Assembly (NCBI GenBank): GCA_037447605.1
Contig: CM074811.1
Span: 3,410,001 to 3,474,000 of the forward strand
Length of the DNA stretch: 64,000 nt
Direction of reading: 5' to 3'
DNA from: Zygnema circumcarinatum SAG 698-1b
Lineage: Eukaryota; Plantae; Zygnematophyceae
The notes beneath the pieces were generated by a model. That model did not search any database, was not told the DNA's origin, and worked only from the letters and a program-made list of their open reading frames with translations. Each line of letters starts with the position of its first letter. Position 1 is the first letter of the stretch. Shown piece by piece: positions 1 through 12,200 of this stretch. A program made the position numbers and the translations under genes.

Positions 1-488
1 AGAAGGTGGTCCTGAGTTTTTATTTGTTATTATGCTGTCCTTTTAAAACATCCTTGATCAGGATGTGTACATGTAATGTGCGTATTGTTTATGGAACGTA
101 TTTTGCAACTGTTGATATTGTCGTTGAAATTCAAGTCGCTGGAGGTTGGAAAACTGGGGAACTGAGGAATAAAGTGTTCGAGTGCTTTGTATTTTGGATG
201 CTGTACGGTCCAGCCCAGTTCCCTGCTGCTGTTCACTTCAGCTAGAAATGGCCCACTGCTCAGAAGGAAATGAACACGGCTGTCAGTTTTGAAACGAGAG
301 GCATAGGAACTGAGCATAACTAACGAGAACTAGAGCTGAAGGAGAGCTCACGGTCGTTAGAATGTCAGTTCTTTATTGTTATTGTTACTGTTACCGTTAG
401 AATGTTAGTAGTAACGCCTCCGGTTATGGAGTATTTGACATGATTTTCCTTTTGGCTTTTTTCTATTGGTGGCTTGTGTGTTATTCAG

Positions 489-1033
489 ATATCTGCTCTT
501 GACAAACCAAACGACTTATGAAACAACGAGGAGAAAGAGAATACCGTACTTGAGGTGAGTGGCTACCTTTTTCTTTTACGGTCTTAAAGCAAATACGTCT
601 CTTTCTCACTCTCTCTCCCTCTCTCCTTCTCCTTTCCCCCTTGCACATAAATAGTTGTTGACTGCTGGTGAATTTTCTGTCATACCTTATTTTTTGATCT
701 TCATTTGGGTTTTTTCTTCGTCCATCGAAGTTTGCATGCTACCTGCAATAGCATTTTCCATGCTTTTTAACATCCCTAAGAATGCCTTACATGTCCCTGT
801 CTCTCCCTCTCCCTCTCCCCCTCCGCCCCCTCGCCCTTGTCTGGCCGTGCGCCAACAGGCATGTTCCTGAACAAGTTCATCCGTTCAGCATGGGCTTCTG
901 GAAAAACCTTTACAGCTTTTGCTGCACCCCTAGCGACGTGTATCCTGCCTACGTGCTGCCGTCAGCAACGGAACTGCAACGGAGGGCGGAGACACAGGGC
1001 TGCTGCCAATCTGACTACTTCAGTTGTATGTGA
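489..1033 (+). CDS. PAT10: DHHC protein S-acyltransferase, PAT10-like; last two coding exons (489-554, 859-1033), 5' part outside the window
   Basis: AG/GT-bounded, phase-compatible exons splice to YLLLTNQTTYETTRRKRIPYLRHVPEQVHPFSMGFWKNLYSFCC...ELQRRAETQGCCQSDYFSCM*. This contains the TTxE motif of DHHC PATs and a C-terminus I recognise as plant PAT10-type. The DHHC motif itself is not in the window. Confidence 0.82.
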
Positions 1034-1824
1034 CGGAATTAGGGCTTGTCCATGTGCGAAGTCTTGAGGCGTAATGCGTTCTGCTTAGGTCTAACGGGTT
1101 TAAAGGGCTATCAAAGAGAAGATATAGAGGGGATTTTTGTTAGTTTGCATGTGTGGGATTCCCAGAATTCACCATGTCTACGTGAAGGCAAACTTTTCGA
1201 GGATTGCCGAGAATAAAAGTTTAGAATACTTGTCAATCTTTTGTAAACCTCACTGTACAAGTGGTCGTGCATATTATCGTAATTTAATCAAAGTTGGTCG
1301 ACGGTATTTTGAATTGTCAACAGAAAGAGAATTGACAACAGATTACTCACCTATTCAGAATATTGCGAACTGTCACCTTTTAGTGGGAGAAGTGGCATTG
1401 ATCTCACGATGGCGAGGCCATCAAATGTACATGGACAAAAGCAGCATGTGGAACCGCGAGGAACTGCTCGCAAAGGACCCAAGCACAAAAGGAATACTAC
1501 CTTTTCAGTCACCTTTTCCTTTCGTCTGCCTTTCCTTCCATTAACTATTAGACTTTCTGTATCCACAGCACTGTAACTGAACACAGTACTGACGTGCATA
1601 TTTGTGCAGACCAGCATATATACATTAATTACCTTACTGTAACTGTAACCGTGACATGGAACCAGACACATGTACACACCTCAGTGGTCTACCACTACAC
1701 TGCTCTCCGTGATTCTATGCACATTCCCAAAACGCTTAACTGAGAAACTGAGTAGCATCGGGCATAGATCGCCCTCGATAATATTCCCTCTCCCCCTCCC
1801 TCTCCTTTGTCCAGCGTGTCCTCA

Positions 1825-1840
1825 GCCGCCACGTGGCGGC
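1825..1840. promoter_or_regulatory. G-box (GCCACGTGGC) in a perfect 16-bp palindrome upstream of FBPase
   Basis: GCCGCCACGTGGCGGC lies ~230 bp upstream of the FBPase ATG. G-boxes are established light-responsive elements of photosynthetic genes. Function here is inferred. Confidence 0.5.
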
Positions 1841-2065
1841 CCCGCGCGCCCTCCGCCTCTCGATGGCGATAATCCGCGCCCTTCCCTGAACGGATGGCGC
1901 CGCGCCCGCGCGCCGCGCCGCGGCGTACGGCATTTTTTGGGCAGGGGCCTGCGCGCCCTTTCATTGCGCCCCTTCATCGCGCCCTCCCTCTCCCTCCCTC
2001 TCTGTCCCACTCTCGCTCACTGCTGCCAGGTTTGTTTGCAGCATTCGGAAGGAAGGGAGGAAGCA

Positions 2066-4925
2066 ATGGCGACAGCAACGGCATCGCTGGTGGGAGCGTC
2101 CGCGAGCTTGAGTGCAGCGTCTGTCTCAGGAAAGAGCCATGGAGTCTCTGCAGGAGCGCCATCGATGGCTGTTTCAAGGAGAGTGGCTGCTGAGAGCTCC
2201 GCCTTCACAGGCTCCTGCTCGGGGCTGAGGGCGAGCAGGAAGGAGAGGAAGGCTGGAGGAGAGGGAGGCATGGTAGTGAGGGCGTCTGTTGCGACAGAGG
2301 CTCCTCCCAAAGTGAAGGGACAGTATGAGATTCAGGCGCTTACAAACTGGCTTCTGCTGCAAGAGAGGGCTGGCGTCATCGACAATGAGATGACGATAGT
2401 GCTTTCTTCTATTTCTCTTGCATGCAAGCAGATTGCATCGCTAGTGCAGCGAGCAGGGATCTCGAACCTGACGGGAGTGCAGGGAGCTGTGAATGTTCAA
2501 GGAGAGGATCAGAAGAAGCTGGACGTCATTTCCAACGAGGTAACGTGATGATGAAATACATTTTACAACAAACAGTAAAAAAACAGTTTATAGACGATGT
2601 TGCAGTCGTTCTGGACAGGTGTCACTTCACTGTGTGAATGCATGCATATTTTTGCTTGTCTGCTTTGGTTGTCATCCCTGTCACGTACGATCTTCTGTTT
2701 GATTCTTAAGCAAGTACAGCTGTTTATATCGGGAGAAATTCTGAAGCATTTCTGGAGCTCTCAGCATGCTCCTGTGTATCGTCGTACTTTTTCATATCAA
2801 ATTTACGAATGATGACCATGAGTTGTGGTTTTTCTCCACCATTGATGATGTAACGATATGGATATTGAACCTTAATAATTTTCACTCTAAGAAGGTTGAC
2901 GTGGATTTTCATTGGAAGTCGTGATAGCTGCTTCCTGTCGGGAGGCAATGCTGAACATGTCTTTTGTATTGAGAGAGGGAGAGGGCATTTTTCTGATAGT
3001 TTTGTTTCTTACTTGCAGGTCTTTTCTAACTGCCTGAGAGCAAGTGGAAGGACCGGTATTATCGCTTCCGAAGAAGAAGATACTCCAGTGGCGGTGGAGG
3101 AGACATACTCCGGAAACTATGTTGTGGTTTTTGATCCCTTGGATGGATCATCCAATATTGATGCGGCAGTGTCTACTGGATCCATTTTTGGAATCTACAG
3201 GAGCGAGGAGGGCTGCTTCACTGACCTTGGTGACAATCCCACTGTAAGGTTTTCTCCCTGAATGACAATATAGCTGCAATGCGCATGGGCAATACTAGCA
3301 ATGTACCTTCTGTTGGTTGAGGTCATTCATTTCTCGAATGACTTGTGAAGGCATCTTTGCATTTTGGCCTCAGTTTCTTACCTTTCACTGCATTCACATT
3401 CTGATGCGGGCTGCATTTTCAGGAGCCGCAACACTCCCACTGTGAAGCTTCCTTCATGTATTGACATGGATCTTAGGCTGTTGCTGTTTGGAATGTATTC
3501 ACTCAGTGTGTTCTGTGAGAGTGAACAGCTGTTGCTGACGGAGCTCTGAGAATGCAACTTCTGATTGAAACCGAAATGCCTCTTATTCATATTTCACCGA
3601 TCTGAACGTGCACGAAGTTCTATTTTTGCAGCTGGATGATATCGAAAAGGCCTGCATTGTCAACGTCTGCCAGCCTGGAAGCAGCCTTTTGGCTGCCGGT
3701 TATTGCATGTACTCAAGCTCCACCATCATGGTGCTGTCTGTGGGCGATGGAGTGTACGGATTTACACTTGATCCCATGTATGGAGAGTTTGTGCTCACCC
3801 ATGACAAAATTCAGATTCCGAAATCTGGAAAGATCTACTCCTTCAATGAGGGGAATTATGCTATGTGGACTGACAAGCTCAAGAGCTACATGGATTCTCT
3901 GAAGGTAAATTCCTCCGAAGCTCAATTTTCTCTGGTCTTTGCGTGAAATGATCAGTCACTACTGCAAGATAACAGTTCTGTTAACACCATCTCGACTTCA
4001 ACAGCTTTTAATGTATTATTCCAAGAAAAGGGCTGTCGAATGCTCCAGACTGTCAGCTAGAAAAACTGTACTTGCTTCCGGGACTGCCATATGCTCGATT
4101 TCTAGTTTCTAATGCTTCTTGAAACTTTCCCCTTTGGCAAAAAAGTGAAAAATAGGTAATGGAGAGGGCTGGCCTTCCATTTCTCACATTACTTTTGCAA
4201 AATTCTTATTGAGTAATAGCCATTCCCGATAGTTCAATGATAACGGATAATGATTTCCTATGTTTTGGACTCCTGAAAAAAAAAGAAACATCTGGACTGC
4301 TTTGTTCCACTTTTGTTCTCGGCATGCTCCGTTTGTGAGAAGTTTCTTGCTGAACTGGTAAACAACATCGAAGTGATTTACCATTCTTGCCTTTCTTCCC
4401 TTTCCCTCATCTCAGGACCCCGGCACAAGTGGAAAGCCATACTCTGCACGGTACATTGGAAGCTTGGTCGGAGATTTCCACAGGACAATGCTCTATGGAG
4501 GCATCTATGGCTACCCTTCAGATACGAAGAATACCAACGGAAAGCTCCGCTTGCTGTATGAGTGCGCCCCTATGAGCTTCCTGGCGGAGCAGGCCGGCGG
4601 AAAGGGCTCAGATGGAGGGAAAAGGATTTTGGATATCATCCCAGAGAAGGTGAGATAGTTTTTTTACTTTCTTAGAGAATGTGTTCCTATGAGTGTAGAT
4701 GTTTGCTGGGTTCAGGCTCTATGCAGAATTCAGGCTTGATTACTGTTGGAAATAATTGTCCTAAACACCAGCAGGAATGGAGTGAGAGACGTTCTTTTGT
4801 CCTTTTTTTTTTTGAACTCTCATTTAAAAATTATTTGAATGGATTCTATGCAGGTGCATCAACGTGTGCCTCTCTACATTGGGAGCGTGGACGAGGTCGA
4901 CAAGCTTGAGAGCTACTTGAAGTAG
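2066..4925 (+). CDS. FBP: Chloroplast fructose-1,6-bisphosphatase, redox-regulated type; 5 exons (2066-2539, 3019-3243, 3632-3904, 4416-4649, 4854-4925), 425 aa
   Basis: All introns are GT-AG, phase 0. Ala/Ser-rich transit peptide. Motifs [36 protein letters not shown] and [12 protein letters not shown]. Redox insertion with three Cys (EEGCF...[11 protein letters not shown]). Confidence 0.97.
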
Positions 4926-6247
4926 AGGGAGAGCAGGAATGAGAGTGCGAGCGAGAGAGAGAGATGGAGACAGAGAGAGAGAGGCTTAGAGTAGGGAAGG
5001 AGATAGTCAGCGAGCAGACATAGTTCTCACATTTAAGAAAGGGAAGCAGCACTTTTGCCTGGTTGAGATAGAAAATGTGTGCTAGTTGAACTGACTCGTA
5101 GGTCCATGCTCAATTTATTTGTTAAGATTGTGAGGAACAGCGTCTGCGGCTGAGTGAGGGACAGGGAGAGGGAGCGAGAGGGAGAGAGAGAAAGTGAGGA
5201 AAAAATGCAGGTAGTGATAGTCGCTGTGGCTTGAAAAAAAGGTCCAAGCCACATATAATGTATTATGAAAAAGCCAATTCCTGTTAATGATTTTTTTTCA
5301 AGTTAAAAACTTCCTCCGAATTGTTAACTGCAAGATAACAAGGTAGAAGGGGGGATTCACTGACTTTATCGCTGGATTGTTGGTTGAATCGGACAGAAAA
5401 AGCTGCAATTGGTATACTAATCTCATATTGGCTGTCTGCCTCACTCATAAAATGAGTCATCGAGTTACTCTCGGAGGGTGACCCTCCCTTTATCGCTGAC
5501 TCCCTTGTTCTCTTTTGCGGGTTTGGTTTGAAGGATAGCGAAATAGAAAACTTAGTATGCGGTAATCTTCTTTAATAATATTTCTAATTCTTTCTCTCTT
5601 TCCTCTTTTTTCATGAAAGAGGTCCTTCTCACCTCTGTTCTATCCAGGGGTCCGCCTTGACTCTTTAAGTTTGCCCTTTGGCATGTGCGTGCACCACACC
5701 CTTTATTATGAGCCCATATTATGATATGGGTGGCAGTCTGCCTCAAAGGACTCACCTTCAACACATCACTTTGGTTCGAATCGTACCTCTCACTGAGCCA
5801 TTTTGTTAGACTCGCTTAATTTCTTGAAAAAAACAAAGAAAACAGAAAAGTGTGAATAACGAAATAAGTCAGGGCATTAGTTCCTTCAAAAGGCACAGCA
5901 TTTTTGTGCTGCATGTATCGTATCGAGATATATCGCCAAAAATCAACTCCACCGTACTGAATATCGAGATCGTTTACATTTTTCGTATCGGATGGCTTGC
6001 GCGATATATCGCCTTCCCTCACAGTCATCCTCCTCTCTCGCCCTCTTCACTCCCTCTCTCTCTCTCTCCCTCCTCGTTCTCTCCTTCTTCAATGGCGCGC
6101 ATTCAAGATTAAAATTAGGGTCAAATTAGGGTTTGGGGTCTCACCAGCTTCACTCATCCCTGCCATTCACCAAGCTTCAAAACTCGCTTTTTCCTGCGAA
6201 GTTAAGCAGACATGTATAGCCCCTCTCCTTGACGCTTTCATCGTAGT

Positions 6248-9200
6248 ATGGCGACAATAAGGTATTCCCAACAGGCGTTTCTGGCTCCCAGACGCCGCAG
6301 AAAGCGGCCATGGCCGGCATCTACACGAGTATTCGTCTTTGCCGTTTTTTGCGCCGCAATGCTGTATGCATCCCTCCGCATTTTTACCCTTAAATCTCTC
6401 TCTCAGACCGCTGAGAGAGCTCCGCCGACGGGTGTACAGAATGATACTTCTTCTAATAGGTTAGCAGAAAGTAGGGCACTGCAGAAAAGCGGAGGAGGTT
6501 TCTATTTGAGTTGGTGGTATGAAGGGACGATTGAGCGCTCGCAATTGAACAGAGGGAGGGGGAGGAGGAGGAGGAGACATGCATTTGAGAGTTTTAGGGT
6601 TCCTTTAATGTATTGGTACGCCCCAATATCGCCAACTTGGAAAATAAAAACAGGAGATTATCCGGATAGTGGGCCGAGGACACATGCTCCTCCTTTTGAA
6701 GGAATGACTGATGACAAGAGGCCGGATTGGGCATGGGAGAGAAAATTGGCGAATGTGGAGGGAGAGGGAGAGGGAGAGGGAGAGGCAGAGGGCGAGGGAG
6801 AGAGAAAAAGAGAGGGAGGTAAGAATGTGAAGAAGATGACGCCATGGACTCTGAGAAGTCAAGAGCAAGTAGAGGGTCCTGTTGTGTGTTGGAATGGAGG
6901 AGCTCTTAGAGTGAAGGGAGGTAAGGGTGGGAGAGGGGGAGAGGGAGGAGAAGGAGGAGGAGAAGGGGGGGAGAGCTCCCTTGGAGAGATCATACAAGTA
7001 TCAGGTATGAGGCAATAAAGCGGTTTTTTATAGAGGCTTTGAAACCAAAATTTAAATGCTTGAGATTAATTTCTTAATCCGAGTGAAGGAATCGCTTGAA
7101 GTAGGATCAAGTAAGAAAAATAGGAGAGACAGAGGAGATGGAAACGGAAGAATCTAATTAGCGAGGGGGGGGGGAGGGAAGGGCTGGGCGGAGGGGAGTG
7201 ATAATTGAAGGATCATTCTAGAGAGGGCGGAGAGAGAGAGAGAGAAGAAAGAGGAGAGAGAGAGAGGAGAGAATGGAGAGAGGCAGAGGAGAGAGAGAGA
7301 TTCTACATTCTAACATGGTCCATATCGGAGAGAGGAGTGCAGGAGAAGGCTGTAAGCGATGCATTGTGGGCCTCTCTTGTGAATTTCTTTTGAAGTTTAC
7401 TCACAGCGACCGGAGAAAGCGAAATTTTTTCCGCCGCCAAGAGCTCGTCGTGACATTAAGCGGTCAGTGCATTTCAAGCGAAGAAATTCTCATAATAATA
7501 CATGAATGATTAGTTGAATTAAAAGTAAATCGTCAATCGTCTATTGTCGAGCAATTTTGAAGCAAAGGCGAAGCCCCAAACCCTAAACTGTACGAAATCT
7601 GAACTCTTAACGCGAACTAACGAAGCTAGATCCTATGAACATCCTCCCGGTCCTAAATGTCTAAATTTTGGTTTTTTTTAATGCTCATCCGACAAAAAGG
7701 ACCCCTTAACCCTAAAACCTAATGTTCAAAAACTCTACACCCTAAACTCGAAAACTCGAAACCCTAGAACCTTAGCCCCTAGTACCGAGAATTCTTGAAC
7801 CTTAAACCTTAAATGAACCTTAAACCCTAAACCTTTGAACCCTAAACCCTGAACCCTAAAACTCTAAACCGTAAACCCTAGAACCTTAAACCCTAAACCC
7901 TAGAACCTTACACCTCAAACCCTATAACTTTAAACCTTAAACCCTTAAACCCTTAAACCCTTAAACCCTTAAACCCTTAAACCCTAAACCCTAGAATCTT
8001 AAACCTTAAACCCGAAACCCTTGTTGTGATTGCAGGGCCGGCGGTGATGCAGGCGGAGGTGTTCGAGCTGACCACTCAGAGCGCGACAGCTGTCCTCTTC
8101 AGCGTCCTCTACCAGCTGTGGGACGCGGGGACCTATGTCGTCTCCGTGACGAGCGACTGCTATCCGTTCAGTTCCGGAACCCTAAAAACCCTAAAAACCC
8201 TAAAAGCCCTAAAAACGCAAAAAACCCTAAAAAACTCTTATAGCCCAATGTGTGGGAGTTTAGGGTTTGGGGGGCTTCATTCTGGTTTTAGGGTTTCAGC
8301 GTCACAGAATTCTAGGGCTTCTTAAGGACTTTTAGGGATTGATGTGTGAAGTAAACCCTCCATTACTTAGAAATCAAACCCCGATTCTGGAAAAAAGAAT
8401 ATTGTCTTAACTTAGAAAACACATACTTTTGCAAGAAATGCATCCTTTTCATCGTCTTCTTCTTTCCTGTCAGATCGTACTCACTCAACTCCGATGCTTC
8501 TCATCACCACTTTCTCAAACCCAAAAAAATAAAACTTCATCTCTCTTTATCTCTATATACTTTATATCTCTAACTTTATCTCTTTATCTCTCTTTATCTC
8601 TCTTTGTCTATCTCTCATCATACTCTTATTTCTCAATTGCTTTACCTTCCCCTCAATCCCTTCCTCCCTCCCCCTCCTCCTTCTCCTTCTCCTTCTCCTT
8701 CTTCGTCTTCTTCGTCTCCTTCTCCTTCTCCTTCTCCTTCTCCTTCTCCTCCTTCTCCCTCTCCCCCTTCTCCTCCTCCTCCTTTTTTTTCTCCTTCTGC
8801 TCCTCCTTCCCGTTCTCCTTCGCTTTCTCCTTCTCCCCCTCCTCCTCCTCCTTCTCCTTCTCCTTCTCCTTCTCCTTCTCCTTCTCCTTCTCCTTCTCCT
8901 TCTCCTTCTCCTTCTCCTTCTTCTCCTTCTCCTTCCTTCCATTTCACACAACAGAGCGAGTGCCGACCCCCCGCAAACCAGTTCGCGCGTTTTGGCCGAG
9001 TTCGAGTTGACGGTGTTCAGTTCGCCCACCGCCCGCCCCCCCGCGAACTCCGCCCGCCCGAGCGCGCCCTGCGAGGTCGGTCTTAGCGCGCGCTGGCGCG
9101 TCGAGGGGCGAACTGCCTACCACAGTCCGTACGAGTGCGCGGGAGACCTCACTCCAGGCAAGCGCTGAGAGAGGGAGGGATGGCACTCTGTCTCGCTCGA

Positions 9201-12200
9201 GCCATATAAAGAGAGGGGGAGGGGGAGGGGGGAGGGGGAGGGGGAGGGGGAGGGGGGAGGGGGAGGGGGAGGGGGAGGGGGAGGGGGAGGGGGAGGGGGA
9301 GGGGGAGGGGGAGGGGGAGGGGGGAGGGGGGAGGGGGGAGGGGGGAGGGGGAGGGGGGAGGGGAGGGGGGAGGGGGGAGGGGGAGGGGGAGGAGGGAGGG
9401 AGGGAGGGAGGGAGGGGAGGGGGAGGGGGAGGGGGGAGGGAGGGGAGGGGGAGGGGGAGGGGGAGGGGGAGGGGGAGGGGGGAGGGGAGGGGGAGGGAGG
9501 GGAGGGGGAGGGGAGGGGGGAGGGAGGGGAGGGGGAGGGGGGAGGGAGGGAGGGGAGGGGGAGGGGGGAGGGGAGGGGGAGGGGGAGGGGGGAGGGGGGA
9601 GGGAGGGAGGGGAGGGGGAGGGAGGAGGGGGAGGGGGGAGGGAGGAGGGAGGGGAGGGGGAGGGGGAGGGGGGAGGGAGGGTAGGGAGGGAGGGGGAGGG
9701 GGGAGGGGAGGGGGAGGGAGGGAGAGGGAGGGAGGGAGGGGAGGGGGAGGGGGAGGGGGAGGGGGAGGGGGAGGGGGAGGGGGGAGGGAGGGAGGGAGGG
9801 GAGGGGGAGGGGGAGGGGGGAGGGGAGGGGGAGGGGGGAGGGGAGGGGGGAGGGGGGAGGGGGAGGGGGAGGGGGGAGGGGGAGGGGGAGGGGGGAGGGG
9901 AGGGGGAGGGGGGAGGGGGGAGGGGGGAGGGGGAGGGGAGGGGGAGGGGGAGGGGGGAGGGGAGGGGGAGGGGGGAGGGGGAGGGGGAGGGGGAGGGGTG
10001 GGGGAGGGGGGAGGGGGAAGGTGGGGCGGGGGAGGGGGAGTGGCGGGGGCGGGGGGAGGGGCAGGGGGAGGGGGGGAGAGGGAGGGGGGGGGAGGAGCTG
10101 AGGAGGGGGAGAGGGGGCGAGGGGGGAAGGGAGTGGGCGGGGGGGAAGGGTGTTGGAAGGGTGGGGGGTGACAGGGGAGAGGTGGAGGGTGGAGAGAGTA
10201 TGGGGAAAGGGGGAGAAGGGGCGAGGGGGAACGGGGAAGGGGGGAGGGGAGGTGGTTGGGGAGGGGGGTGGAAAGGGGAGGAAGTGGGTGGGAGGGAGAG
10301 AGTGAGGGAGAAGCGATAGTGAGAGTCGGATAAAGTCAATTGTGATTTCGTTAATCTCTTGGAACTTTGCAAGTTTATTTTGTTAAGTTCCCCTTTTTCG
10401 TATCCACGTTTCGTAGGGCTTGTAGCGAGTCTTATCGTAGAAAGTGTTGGACCTTTGGCAGAGCAGTCAGCTCCATTGTGGAGATGCTTGTTTCAAAGGA
10501 GATGGAGGAGATCAGCTTTGTGGGAGGCTCCCACCAATTGGCACTTTTTCTTCACTTGCAGAGTTACCTCACAGGTACAACTCTAAATGACTATATGACT
10601 ACATGGAATAAGCAAGTATTTATTTATTTATTTATTTTTTTCCATTTTCTGCAAATGTATGAAGAGTGTTTGATGTGAAGCTGATATGAGTTTAAGCCGA
10701 TATGTGAGGGAGGTCAAATCGTACATTTTATTGTTAGAATATTGAATGCTTCTTCTACGTTGTACTGATGATTTGAACCCAAAAACCCCTAAAATTCTTA
10801 CCCTAGTAACTTCTGAATTCTTTTTCAGGTGGAAATTTTTCTCACAACATTTTTGACAAAAAGGACATAAGTTGGGTCTTCACCGCTTCCAGTAAGTTCT
10901 CTTCCACTTCAAAGACTTTTTTTTTTCGGAATGAGTACTTCTCAAACAATAAGGCTCGAGATTCGATAGCTTTAATGTTTTTTTACTAATCGATGTATTT
11001 TCTTTGTATGATTTGGACCTTTTTTGTTGTTTTTTTATTTTTATTTTTGTTGTCTTGTGTTTCCCGGTAGGGCAGGTTCAAATTTCACCCTGAAGATGAA
11101 TTTCTATTGGCTGGAAAACATCATTCCGGTCAGTGATTTTTTGGCTGATGTAAACCTAAAAAAAATAGAAAAAGAAGATAAATTTTTGTATTCTCTTTCA
11201 CGTGCCGCGAATTCCGCAGTCAAAAAATGAATGACTCCAAAAAAAAAAAAAAAAAATGAATAAAATTTCATTGGATCCTTCAGAAGTGGCCTGTTCCGTT
11301 AGAAACAAATCCAAAAAAAAAGTTGTATTACAAATTTCTTGAGGCTATTTTTGTATTTTCTTTCTTTTTTCTGCCCGATTTGCAGGACAAGAAATATGGG
11401 TGCGGAGATACGCCTTATTATGCGGCAAACGGCGACAGACGGGCAGAGGGAAATTTTTTAATTTCACCGAAATCTCGGATGATATTCCTCGAAGCAACTT
11501 CGTGGGTTTTCGAGGTACAAACTTCTTCCTTTTTTCTCCCCTTTTTTTTTTTTTGAGAAGGGGAGGGGGGGAGAGAGCACGCAAATCGAGGAAAACTTTC
11601 TAAAGTTAGAGGCAAATTGTGTCATATTTTGGTCTCAAAACCGGATTTTCTTCCTACTACAACCATTCTGCAAAATTCTAAGTAAACCCTCTAACAAGCC
11701 TACACAAACCCTTGAAACATCCCGAGATAACTCTTAAAGATTTTTTCTAAGGAAACCTAAAAATCCCCTAAAGACCAAAACCGCCCTGAAAGCAACCCTA
11801 AAAAAAAGCAAACCCTTAAGAAAAGTTGCACCTACCTCCCCCTATTGAACTTCCTCTTTAGCCCTAAATGTCCCTAGAGCTCCAACTGACCGTTCTCCGT
11901 TCCGTTCCGTCCCGTTCCGTTCCGTTCTGTTCCGTTCCGTTCCGTTCCGTTCCGTTCCGTTCCGTTCCGTCGCCCACAACAGAACTGCCGGTCCGCGGAG
12001 GCGGCCCACGTGCGGTTCCTTCCGTGGTTTTTGGACAACTTCGCGTGGTGGTACGCGAACAGCAAAGCGCTCGCGCACGTCTTCTGGAGGACCGCGCCGC
12101 CCAGACCGCTGCCGAGCCTGCCCCGAGCCTGCGAACGAGGCCCGGGGAACAGGGCGCTCAGGAGGGCCAACGTGTATGCCAGGTAAAGGGGGGGGGGGAG

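Noticed and set aside
8429-10372. Extensin-like SP/PPPP ORFs (8604-9086, 9149-10372) and poly-Arg ORFs
   Set aside because: They are translations of intronic microsatellites. The real exon (8955-9157) is in a different frame and has splice sites.
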